Source: a virus
Taxonomy: Duplodnaviria > Caudoviricetes
Direction: 5' to 3' (one strand)
IMG/VR virus record: IMGVR_UViG_3300025608_000806
Coordinates: 1-42,333 of that record
DNA length: 42,333 nt
Part shown: in pieces, positions 1 through 7,634 of the stretch
Numbering within the stretch: position 1 is the first letter of the stretch
Layout: the number at the start of each line of letters is the position of its first letter
Program-made: the position numbers and the translations under genes
The notes under the pieces: generated by a model
The model's input: the letters and a program-made list of their open reading frames with translations, nothing else
What the model was told of the DNA's origin: nothing
Databases searched by the model: none

Positions 1-689
1 AGAGCTAAGGTTTCTTCTATATTATAAGGTATAGTAAAATCATTATGAAATGGCCGTATTTGAATATAGTTTATCCCTATATCCTTACATATTTTTGCAT
101 AAACAAGTAATGTAGGGGTTGTTAATTCGCTGGTTAGAAATCCTGAACCGACGGTTAGGTCTGTACCTAGTTCATCTCTTCGTTTGATTAACTTAGCCAT
201 ATTCTCTAATGCTAGGTGAAAATGACGTTCCGGTACTTTTCTTATTTCAGTATATGTATGAGGAGTTCCTCCGTCCATACTAATACGAACCCAAGTACAG
301 TTTTTAACTACTATGTCGATTGACTCGTCTGTGAAGATAGTTCCGTTTGTAATCATACCGACGTCCATACCGAGAGACTTAATATATTCAATCAGACGCG
401 GGGTTATTTTATTTACCATCGGATCACCTCCTCCTGTTAGATTAATACCCTTACCCCCTAAATCATACACTTGATCTACGTAAGATTTAGCTTGCTCCCA
501 AGTTAGTGAATCATCATTAGTACGTCCTCCTGCTCCTGCTGCATAGCATCCTATACAATTATGATTACATCGATTGGTAGGATCTAATTCCCAAGTAACG
601 GGAGTTGTATTACCTGTATTGAAAAACTCTAATAGTTTATCTGGGTGATAGAATAATTTATTCTGTAAATCTACTGGTGTTTTTTCCAT
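1..689 (-). CDS. Radical SAM protein (partial, runs off window; not in ORF track)
   Basis: Manual translation from ATG at 689: MEKTPVDLQNKLFYHPDK...ELDPTNRCNHNCIGCY (CxxxCxxC), then NLTGGGDP and MITNG, typical radical SAM motifs. Overlaps the end of the upstream gene. Confidence 0.9.
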   Translation of the reverse strand, partial: MEKTPVDLQNKLFYHPDKLLEFFNTGNTTPVTWELDPTNRCNHNCIGCYAAGAGGRTNDDSLTWEQAKSYVDQVYDLGGKGINLTGGGDPMVNKITPRLIEYIKSLGMDVGMITNGTIFTDESIDIVVKNCTWVRISMDGGTPHTYTEIRKVPERHFHLALENMAKLIKRRDELGTDLTVGSGFLTSELTTPTLLVYAKICKDIGINYIQIRPFHNDFTIPYNIEETLA

Positions 690-1495
690 AACTCTGGGTA
701 TCTATGTTTAAATCTATATTCTGTGTATAGGTCTTCTTTCTCATTTCCTACGCTTGCAAATGCTAGTACGTGTATTCCTATTCCTTCTTTGCCTTGATGT
801 TGGTAATCCTCATCCCCACACTTGCACTTTATTGTTTCTCCTAACTCACAAAAATATGTACTTAGTCCGTATATTATTCCTTCTAGGTTATCAACAGAAG
901 GATCTATAATATGTGTAATCATCGTTTGATCAGAGCCCCATTCTATAGTAGGTTTCCAACTTCCTTCAAATAGAGTTTTCATGTGTTTTAGTTTCGCTAG
1001 GTAAGGTTTTTGTCTACCTGCTATGAATCCACCGAAGATAAAACCTTTTAAAGAATTTTGTTTTTCAGTATACTTCTGTTCTTCTTCTTCCGGGCCTCTA
1101 AATCTACAGCTTCTACCTACTTCTTTACCTACTACTACTCCTTGGGTGTTATTACAGTCTTCCCAAAGAGGGGCTATATCTCTTTGAAACCATATGTCGG
1201 CATCAAAATGTGCAATAAGATAATCTGTATACTGTTCTAGGTGAGGGATAACGTCTATATTTCTTCTATTAGAGATTATATAGTTATCTGTCTGTGGTAG
1301 TTTAATAATTTTAGGTGGTCCTAGTTTAAACTTCTGCAGTCTATCTACTAATTCTTCAGACATTCCATAATCAAAAATTAATATCTCTCCTGAGTACTTA
1401 CCTAGGGTTCGTAAGCTTATAAGCCATTCCCATATCAAGGATTCATAACTTATATTCTTTACGTAAAATGTTGTATATATTAAAGTTTTTTTCAT
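671..1495 (-). CDS. Putative GT-A fold glycosyltransferase / nucleotide-diphospho-sugar transferase
   Basis: 274 aa; SLR...IFDYG N-terminal pattern, HFDADIWF (DxD motif), GGFIAG and WGSDQ motifs resembling GT8/GT77-like enzymes. Confidence 0.65.
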   Translation of the reverse strand: MKKTLIYTTFYVKNISYESLIWEWLISLRTLGKYSGEILIFDYGMSEELVDRLQKFKLGPPKIIKLPQTDNYIISNRRNIDVIPHLEQYTDYLIAHFDADIWFQRDIAPLWEDCNNTQGVVVGKEVGRSCRFRGPEEEEQKYTEKQNSLKGFIFGGFIAGRQKPYLAKLKHMKTLFEGSWKPTIEWGSDQTMITHIIDPSVDNLEGIIYGLSTYFCELGETIKCKCGDEDYQHQGKEGIGIHVLAFASVGNEKEDLYTEYRFKHRYPELWKKHQ

Positions 1496-1538
1496 AAACT
1501 TACTTTTTTAGAACAAGGAACCTTTAGTTTTGAAGGTC

Positions 1539-3869
1539 TTATATTGCTCTAACAAATGTTTTTATAAACCACCCGGTAGTGGGTACAGTCATCTGTAGTT
1601 CTAAATTACCGCCGGTTTCAACTACGTCTAGAGTAACACCTGCTGTACTTCCTAGGTCTGCAGTGGCTGTCTCTGTATATACTACATTACTAAGGCCGTC
1701 ATGACAGGCCATTACTGTACCTGCTCGTAGATTAGTTCCTTTTACGATTACGTAATCAAAATGTGCGGAGAGAAATACGGTACTATCTACGATAGCGACT
1801 GGTGCAGCCGGGCCAGGGATTACTGCTACGTATTTGTTTCGGTTTAATCTTACAGGCTGTGCTTCGAATCCAAAGTCTATCTCTCCATCAGGTCCTATAA
1901 AGGTACTGTCATTAGAGCCGGAAACGAGTAGAGCACCATTATAGAGTTCTAACGAGCCGGATATTACCGCATTACCGTCTACATCTAGCTTTTCACTAGG
2001 ACTAGTCGTTCCGATACCTACGTTGCCGGCTGAGGTGATTCTCATCTTCTCTGAACCGCTAACACTGAAGGTTTGTGATCCACCGAAAGTATCTATACCG
2101 TCGTAATTTACGTACATGTAGTTAGTTGCATCGTAAGCAAACTTAGCTTGTTCAGTTCCTACTTTTAATACGTGTAAAGTTGTGTCTGGTGATGTCGTTC
2201 CTATTCCTACGTTACCTGTTACTGTTAAATCTGCACTTGAACCGGATATAGTTAATGATCCTGTTATTTCAGCATCTCCGTTAAAAGTTCCATCCCATTC
2301 AGCTGTTATACCGGTTAGATTACTACCATCTCCTTCAAATGAACCGCTAAATGATCCGGTTACTCCTCCGGTCATTACAATATTATTATTTGCACTGCCG
2401 ATAGAGATATTTGCTCCTGCTGCACTAAGATTCAAGGAAGCACCTACTCCGCCTCCGCTTATTGTACCGCCTGGGCTATCGAAGGCTATGTTTCCTGCTA
2501 TATTAAGCTCCTCTGTACCGGTAGCTCCGTTAAGACTTAAACTTCCGTTTGGGATAGTAACGTTACCCTGGTCATTTACTTCTAGTAGGTCTGAACCAGA
2601 GTTATCTTCTACAAGTAGTGCTGTTGTTGCAGATGTTGAACCGGATCCTTTTACGTGTAGTCTAGCTCCAGGACTAGTAGTCCCGATACCAACGTTGCCT
2701 GCTGAGGTGATGCGCAGTCTTTCTATAGGTCCAGCGGTTGAATTATCAGACGTGGTAGAAAAAACCAAACGCCCCCCAGTTTTATTTGCTGTTGCTCCCT
2801 CTACTTCTGACCCAATCCAAGCGGAGTATTTATAGGTTGCGCTATTCGTATCGTTTACAAAAGTTAAAAATCCAATTCTATCGCCATTACCACTTAGCCC
2901 ACCAGCAAGTGTGTTAACTGCATAGTTGCCTGTTGGTGCTTGGACATTTAAAAAGCGATGACTACTTCCTACTTTTGCTGTATCGTAACTTCCTGGACTA
3001 GTAGTCCCGATCCCTACGTTGCCGCCGTTTAACCAAGAATTTCCAGCCGTATCTATTCTTACATCTTCTGTACTACCATCGAACAACGAAAACAACCCTT
3101 TATCTAAGTTTGCTCCAGTGCCTCTTGGTTGAATACGAGCTATTTTAAAATCATTAGACTGTAAGAAAAAGTCTGCACCATCACCTACTACATCTAACTT
3201 AGCCCCAGGACTAGTCGTCCCGATACCTAATCTACTATTGGGTTCATCAAGATGTACTACTGATGAAGTTACAGAATAATTTGAAGAACCTACCCATATT
3301 TTACCTACCGGTAAGTTTGGTACATCATTTGATCTACCTGAGCCGTAAACAAATAAAGACCCGTTAGCTCCTACTGATCCAACGATAGCTACATTTTGGA
3401 TTAGATTACCGTCACCTTCGGGTTTAGTAGTAGTATAACTGCCGGTGGGAGCTACGTAGATAACATCTCCTGCATCAAATCCATTAGTATCTACTCCGTT
3501 TAAAAATCCTGAAAGTACTGCTCTACCTTCGGTACCTGTTGATATGTTTTGTGCTAATACAAAATTAGCAGGCATTGCTGAAGCCAATGAAGCTGAAGCT
3601 GGTATAACTTCAGGTGTATTTCCGGATGTTCCTGTAGAATGGACCGGGGTTCCTTTAGTTAAGGTACCGCTTGATACGTTTTTTACAGTTACGTAGGTAA
3701 CATTATCTTGAAAAGAAAGTACACCATCACCGTTAGTTAATAGTATCTGACCATCTGTTCCGTCTACTGTAGGGTATATTAATCCGCTTGCGGTTAAGTG
3801 GGATGTTATCTCGAGAGAGTTTAAGGCGGCGTCTGAACCGCTTATAATGACTTTTTTCCAGTTAGGCAT
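1539..3869 (-). CDS. Tail fibre / virion fibre protein with GNVGIGTTSP repeats
   Basis: 776 aa, Gly/Ser/Thr-rich; five (G)NVGIGTTSP-type repeats; N-terminus WKKVIISGS shared with 4459..5685; AGGAGG 6 nt upstream of ATG. Confidence 0.75.
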   Translation of the reverse strand: MPNWKKVIISGSDAALNSLEITSHLTASGLIYPTVDGTDGQILLTNGDGVLSFQDNVTYVTVKNVSSGTLTKGTPVHSTGTSGNTPEVIPASASLASAMPANFVLAQNISTGTEGRAVLSGFLNGVDTNGFDAGDVIYVAPTGSYTTTKPEGDGNLIQNVAIVGSVGANGSLFVYGSGRSNDVPNLPVGKIWVGSSNYSVTSSVVHLDEPNSRLGIGTTSPGAKLDVVGDGADFFLQSNDFKIARIQPRGTGANLDKGLFSLFDGSTEDVRIDTAGNSWLNGGNVGIGTTSPGSYDTAKVGSSHRFLNVQAPTGNYAVNTLAGGLSGNGDRIGFLTFVNDTNSATYKYSAWIGSEVEGATANKTGGRLVFSTTSDNSTAGPIERLRITSAGNVGIGTTSPGARLHVKGSGSTSATTALLVEDNSGSDLLEVNDQGNVTIPNGSLSLNGATGTEELNIAGNIAFDSPGGTISGGGVGASLNLSAAGANISIGSANNNIVMTGGVTGSFSGSFEGDGSNLTGITAEWDGTFNGDAEITGSLTISGSSADLTVTGNVGIGTTSPDTTLHVLKVGTEQAKFAYDATNYMYVNYDGIDTFGGSQTFSVSGSEKMRITSAGNVGIGTTSPSEKLDVDGNAVISGSLELYNGALLVSGSNDSTFIGPDGEIDFGFEAQPVRLNRNKYVAVIPGPAAPVAIVDSTVFLSAHFDYVIVKGTNLRAGTVMACHDGLSNVVYTETATADLGSTAGVTLDVVETGGNLELQMTVPTTGWFIKTFVRAI
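1999..3228. repeat. Dispersed direct repeats encoding GNVGIGTTSP
   Basis: Copies at 1999-2039 and 2671-2711 (37/41 identical), 2995-3023, 3208-3228, and a diverged copy near 2188-2218. Confidence 0.9.
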
Positions 3870-3922
3870 TTATTGCCTCCTTCCTCTGGTTAGGGGTTTT
3901 ATTTAATATCTTCATAATTTAA

Positions 3923-3971
3923 TTGCGGTTGGTTACAGTCTTACCTGCCCACTTCCTATTAAGGCCTACAA
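3923..3971 (-). promoter_or_regulatory. Candidate structured cis-regulatory RNA in the fibre gene 5' leader
   Basis: UUGUAGG CCU-UAAU-AGG AAG UGG GCAG-GUAAGA-CUGU AA CCA A CC GCAA folds by eye into a three-way junction; GC-richer than neighbouring intergenic DNA. Confidence 0.5.
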
Positions 3972-3980
3972 ATACTTTAT

Positions 3981-3988
3981 TATAAATA
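3981..3988 (-). promoter_or_regulatory. TATTTATA putative late-promoter motif (representative of 13 intergenic copies)
   Basis: Coding-strand TATTTAT(A/T) at 3981, 5718, 6476, 7532, 11909, 13017, 14947, 18769, 22844, 27420, 32287, 35119, 39906, each upstream of a gene start. Confidence 0.75.
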
Positions 3989-4192
3989 TTACTTTTTAAT
4001 TATTTCTTTAAGAGCTGCTTCTTTCTTTTCTTCTTCAGCTTGTATTTTTTTAGCGATAGCTTCTTGGGACCTTACTAGCTTGTCTTGAAGGTTAGCAACT
4101 AGTCTTGCATGACTTCCTTTTATAGTAATTATTTCTAACCCAGAAAGCAGTACTTGAATTTCTACTGCGTTTAATTTTTGAGATACTTCCAT
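3989..4192 (-). CDS. Small helical protein, paralog of 4240..4452; possible fibre assembly chaperone
   Basis: 67 aa; LxxxEIxxxLxxL...KG......L..KL pattern shared with neighbour; lies between two fibre genes. Confidence 0.6.
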   Translation of the reverse strand: MEVSQKLNAVEIQVLLSGLEIITIKGSHARLVANLQDKLVRSQEAIAKKIQAEEEKKEAALKEIIKK

Positions 4193-4198
4193 GAATAT

Positions 4199-4227
4199 AA
4201 TATATTTAAAAAACGTATGTCCGGCAA
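4199..4227 (-). promoter_or_regulatory. Bipartite sigma-type promoter TTGCCG-N17-TATATT
   Basis: 17 nt spacer; ATG at 4192 begins 7 nt after the -10 hexamer (leaderless geometry). Confidence 0.65.
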
Positions 4228-4239
4228 CTTAAAAATAAG

Positions 4240-4452
4240 TTACTTCTCGTTTTCTTTATATTGCTTTTGAAGTTTTAAAACAGTGTTGTAGAGAGCTACT
4301 ACCTGTTTTCCTTTAAAGTCACATTCACGAAGAGTAGCTAACACAAACTCTATTTCGGATTGTGTTAGCTTTGAGTCCTCTGTATTGTTTACTTCAGGTG
4401 TCTGTTTTTTATTTACTACTTTGTTTATTAATCCCATAACTATTTTAATCAC
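4240..4452 (-). CDS. Small helical protein, paralog of 3989..4192 (start may be the second Met at 4437)
   Basis: 70 aa ORF; LTQSEIEFVLATLRECDFKGKQVVALYNTVLKL aligns with neighbour. Confidence 0.6.
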   Translation of the reverse strand: MIKIVMGLINKVVNKKQTPEVNNTEDSKLTQSEIEFVLATLRECDFKGKQVVALYNTVLKLQKQYKENEK

Positions 4453-4458
4453 TTATTG

Positions 4459-5685
4459 CTATGGTGCATAAATGTATACATCTCCACCTGCTGTAACTCT
4501 AATGTTACCGTTTTTCTGATAAGCTACATCGTTTGGATCCTGACTTGCTGCTTCGTCAATTACTGCTGCCATAAATGCTGCAGGGGTATATGCAGATGCT
4601 GAAGCGTTGAAGCCAGTCTCTATTCCCCATCGTCCTGCTGTGTTTTCGAATGCGAATACTTCTCCAACATTTTGAGTACCTTGCTGTACGACGATACCGC
4701 CATCTCCTGCTGTTGTAGATCCGGATGCAAATAATACAAACCTATCCGCTACAAGTAGGTTTTCAGTATTTGCAAATGATGCTGTTCCGTTTACTGTTAA
4801 GTCTCCTGTAACTACTGCGTCGGTTACAGAGATGTTAGGATCAAGGTTAACTGTTATTGTCTGTCCAGATAGTGAGGTATTTATGTTAGTGCCTCCTGCT
4901 ATATCAAATGTTTGAGTGAGTAGGTCTACTGTTCCCGTACCTCCTGCATCGGCGTCTATTGTTAGTGTGGAGGCTAGTCCTGTTAATCCAGATCCGTCTC
5001 CTTCAAATGAACCACTGAATGATCCTGAAGCTGTAGCACCTGTTAATGTCAGGCCTGCTAAAGTAGTAGCGGTAGTACCTAAATCAACTTCTGTAGATCC
5101 TAGTGTTACACTGTCATTAACTAACATTGCGTTAGTAATACCTGTTGCTTTAACCCTTAAGCTATCAGAGTTAATTTCTATAGATGAATCATCTACATTA
5201 ACTACTAATTCACCTGCAGAAGTTCCTAAACCGGCACCGTCGATAGTACTAATATCAAAACCTACACCATTTGCAGTAATATTAACCGGTTTTACGTTTC
5301 CTCCTGTAGTAGAGTCAGCTTCTACTGTTACTGTAGCTCCTGCAGAGCCGTTAAAGGTAAAGTCTGCTATACCGTTTCCATCTACAATTGAATTATTTAA
5401 AGTGTCGGCAGAAATACCCGTTAATCCAGATCCGTCTCCTTCAAATGAACCGCTAAATGAACCAGATGCTACTAGTCCGGTAGCTCCGGTAGTTCTTACT
5501 ACTGAACCGGTACCGTTACTTCCTACTGTTGTGTATCCTATAATTCCTGAGCCAACAAGGAAGTTACCTGTTCCTATTGTTGTTAGGCCGGTACCTCCGT
5601 TTCCTGTTGTAAGTGCATTATCTAATGTTAAGTCTGATAGCTCCGCGGAAGAACCGGAGACAATGACTTTTTTCCAATCTGCCAT
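4459..5685 (-). CDS. Tail fibre / virion fibre protein
   Basis: 408 aa Gly/Thr/Ser-rich; WKKVIVSGS N-terminus; two ASGSFSGSFEGDGSGLTG repeats; VDDSSIE(I) motif. Confidence 0.7.
   Translation of the reverse strand: MADWKKVIVSGSSAELSDLTLDNALTTGNGGTGLTTIGTGNFLVGSGIIGYTTVGSNGTGSVVRTTGATGLVASGSFSGSFEGDGSGLTGISADTLNNSIVDGNGIADFTFNGSAGATVTVEADSTTGGNVKPVNITANGVGFDISTIDGAGLGTSAGELVVNVDDSSIEINSDSLRVKATGITNAMLVNDSVTLGSTEVDLGTTATTLAGLTLTGATASGSFSGSFEGDGSGLTGLASTLTIDADAGGTGTVDLLTQTFDIAGGTNINTSLSGQTITVNLDPNISVTDAVVTGDLTVNGTASFANTENLLVADRFVLFASGSTTAGDGGIVVQQGTQNVGEVFAFENTAGRWGIETGFNASASAYTPAAFMAAVIDEAASQDPNDVAYQKNGNIRVTAGGDVYIYAP
4982..5460. repeat. Exact direct repeats encoding GSFSGSFEGDGS
   Basis: 32 bp identical at 4982-5013 and 5420-5451; 26 bp identical between 5435-5460 and 2329-2354 in the other fibre gene. 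Confidence 0.9.
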
Positions 5686-5725
5686 GTTTTTATTTTAAAA
5701 TGTTTCTATTGTATGTTTATAAATA

Positions 5726-6067
5726 TTAACTTCCGAGGAAAAAATCCCCACTACCGGAGAAAAAGATACCTCCTCTAACGGCAGTAGGAGTTACTAGCTG
5801 TTCTTGTAAGGTTATTACTCCTTGATAGTTTACGGAAAATATGTCTGCAGATGCAGATGCTACTGTAAATATATCTCCCGTAAGGTCAACGGATGCCGTG
5901 ACACTGCCGGTGGCGATAAAGAAGGTTGTTGTAGCATCTTCTCCTTTAGGTCCTCGAGGTCCTTGAGGTCCTGTAGATACTACCTGTACGACTTCAGTTA
6001 TCGGTTGGGTAATAGTAATACCTGTAGGGCAGTCATTATCAACAATATCTATGTAATTGTTAGCCAT
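5726..6067 (-). CDS. Small virion protein with short collagen-like segment
   Basis: 113 aa; GPQGPRGPKGED; ATG overlaps upstream stop (TAATG). Confidence 0.65.
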   Translation of the reverse strand: MANNYIDIVDNDCPTGITITQPITEVVQVVSTGPQGPRGPKGEDATTTFFIATGSVTASVDLTGDIFTVASASADIFSVNYQGVITLQEQLVTPTAVRGGIFFSGSGDFFLGS

Positions 6068-6471
6068 TAATCGGTAGTTTGTTTAGATAATAAAATTCTA
6101 CCTTCTAGTAATCTTGTTCTTTCGACTCCATTAGTTAGTTCTATGTCGTAAAAAGCTTCTTCAGCAAAAGTAAAAGTATCTGTAAGTTCATATCCTATAT
6201 AAACTCCAATACTACCGCTTGCAGGCGGTGAATCTAAACTACTACCTGAAAAACTCAGAAATGCGTTATCTGCTAATTTTGTATAGGTATCCCCTAAACT
6301 TGAGGTCATTGTTACGTAAGTCTCACCTGACCCGGAGTATGTGGATCGAATTTCCATCTTACCGGTATACCCGCTAAGATCTATAGGGGTAGATCCCGAA
6401 TCCTTATAACGTAATTCAAAGTCTACAGTAGTCCCTTGTTCAAGAATAAAAGAATATCTTCCTGCTGCCAT
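6067..6471 (-). CDS. Virion structural protein (BppU-N-like fibre attachment domain)
   Basis: 134 aa; EQG.T.....Y.D....IDLSGY...MEIR...YDIEL....RLLEG pattern typical of phage fibre-anchoring Ig-like domains. Confidence 0.55.
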   Translation of the reverse strand: MAAGRYSFILEQGTTVDFELRYKDSGSTPIDLSGYTGKMEIRSTYSGSGETYVTMTSSLGDTYTKLADNAFLSFSGSSLDSPPASGSIGVYIGYELTDTFTFAEEAFYDIELTNGVERTRLLEGRILLSKQTTD

Positions 6472-6513
6472 ATGGTATAAATATCGGCAGTCTTAAGAAG
6501 ACACTGTTTCTTT

Positions 6514-6765
6514 TTAATCTTGAGGAATAAATTCTCCTTTCTCAAGATCAATAGAGCCGTTACCGTATTTCTCTGAGAGTTCTGTACCTACTTTTTTGTC
6601 CCTCTCTGTGAGGTCTGTAAGCTCTTTTTGTAGTTCGCTCTTTCTTAAGGAAACGTTAAGTAGGTAAGCTTCTATATTACCGAGTTCTATAATAATATTA
6701 TCTCGGGTCGCTTGAAGGTCTTTAATCGTTTTAATTTCTTCTGCAGTTAAGGTTTTATTTTCCAT
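6514..6765 (-). CDS. Small coiled-coil hypothetical protein
   Basis: 83 aa heptad-rich, C-terminal KYGNGSIDLEKGEF; own promoter upstream. Confidence 0.65.
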   Translation of the reverse strand: MENKTLTAEEIKTIKDLQATRDNIIIELGNIEAYLLNVSLRKSELQKELTDLTERDKKVGTELSEKYGNGSIDLEKGEFIPQD

Positions 6766-6784
6766 TCTTATAAATTTATCTTAT

Positions 6785-6813
6785 AGTATAGTTATTTTAT
6801 AGTAGAAAGGCAA
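6785..6813 (-). promoter_or_regulatory. Bipartite promoter TTGCCT-N17-TATACT
   Basis: 17 nt spacer, intergenic, matches five other copies. Confidence 0.65.
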
Positions 6814-6818
6814 CTTCT

Positions 6819-7514
6819 TTAGTCTCTATAGGTAGTAAATACATCTAGTACTGGGTCTACTATTTCATGTCTGTGATTCTGCTGTAGTCCGAATACTTTT
6901 ACTCCTTGTACCTGTATTTCAAGTTTTGCAAAGAAGTCAAATCCGGAGTCTTTCTTATTTCGTAGGTCGCATTGGGACATATCTCCGCAAAATATCATTT
7001 TGGAGTTTCTTCCTAGTCTACCTATCATTAATTCTGTTTGTCTCATTGTAGCATTTTGTGCCTCATCGATTATCACACAGCAGTTAGAGAAGGTATTACC
7101 TCTTAGAAATCCAAAGGGGGAGACAATGATTTTTCCTTCCGCTGTTAATTTTTCTGTTTTAACTTTTCCAATTAGATCATGCATTATGTTGTACATAGGA
7201 GCGGTTAGGTAGGATAGTTTTTCATCGACTCCTCCTGGTAGGAATCCTAGATCTTCTCCTGCTGTAACGTAAGGCCTTGCAATGATTAGTTTTTCTATCT
7301 GCTTATTAAATAGTAGATCTAGTCCTGTCTGTATGGCAAGTAAAGTCTTTCCAGAACCTGCCTTCCCTCTAATAGCCGCTAAGGGATTATCCAGTATATA
7401 GGATTTTGCTATCTTCTGCTCTTCGTTTAAAGTAATTCCAAATTTAATTGGATTCTTTAATTTTCTCTTCTCCTTAAAGATCTCATCACTGTGATGATTA
7501 CTGGTTCTTGTCAT
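6819..7514 (-). CDS. phoH: PhoH-like ATPase
   Basis: Walker A GKAGSGKT, LGFLPG, RGNTF, IIDEAQN, GDMSQCD, RH motif. Confidence 0.95.
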   Translation of the reverse strand: MTRTSNHHSDEIFKEKRKLKNPIKFGITLNEEQKIAKSYILDNPLAAIRGKAGSGKTLLAIQTGLDLLFNKQIEKLIIARPYVTAGEDLGFLPGGVDEKLSYLTAPMYNIMHDLIGKVKTEKLTAEGKIIVSPFGFLRGNTFSNCCVIIDEAQNATMRQTELMIGRLGRNSKMIFCGDMSQCDLRNKKDSGFDFFAKLEIQVQGVKVFGLQQNHRHEIVDPVLDVFTTYRD

Positions 7515-7529
7515 AACACCTTTTACTTT

Positions 7530-7558
7530 AATATAAATATGACTAGTATTGAAAGCCA
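7530..7558 (-). promoter_or_regulatory. Overlapping bipartite promoter (TGGCTT-N17-TATATT) and TATTTATA motif upstream of phoH
   Basis: Both motif classes present immediately after the capsid terminator. Confidence 0.6.
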
Positions 7559-7572
7559 GTAGATATGTACAT

Positions 7573-7604
7573 AAAAAAAGAGCTTGGAAATTAATCCAAG
7601 CTCT
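7573..7604 (-). terminator. Rho-independent terminator after major capsid gene
   Basis: AGAGCTTGGA-TTAATT-TCCAAGCTCT perfect 10 bp stem followed by a T tract on the minus strand. Confidence 0.9.
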
Positions 7605-7634
7605 CTCTGTTAAGATTACTATCTCAGTAATAGA

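Noticed and set aside
3923-3971. Calling the leader a c-di-GMP-II riboswitch or HDV-like ribozyme
   Set aside because: Only partial resemblance; required pseudoknots not found by eye
1999-5460. CRISPR array or DGR template/variable repeat
   Set aside because: Repeats are in-frame coding, irregularly spaced, not adenine-specific in mismatches; no cas or reverse transcriptase gene in window
2182-5698. Long plus-strand ORFs 2182..2835 and 4916..5698
   Set aside because: Antisense shadows of Gly/Ser/Thr-rich fibre genes; Pro/Val/Ser-biased with no motifs
6486-6506. Short hairpin after the 83-aa gene
   Set aside because: Weak stem and no U tract; insufficient for a terminator call
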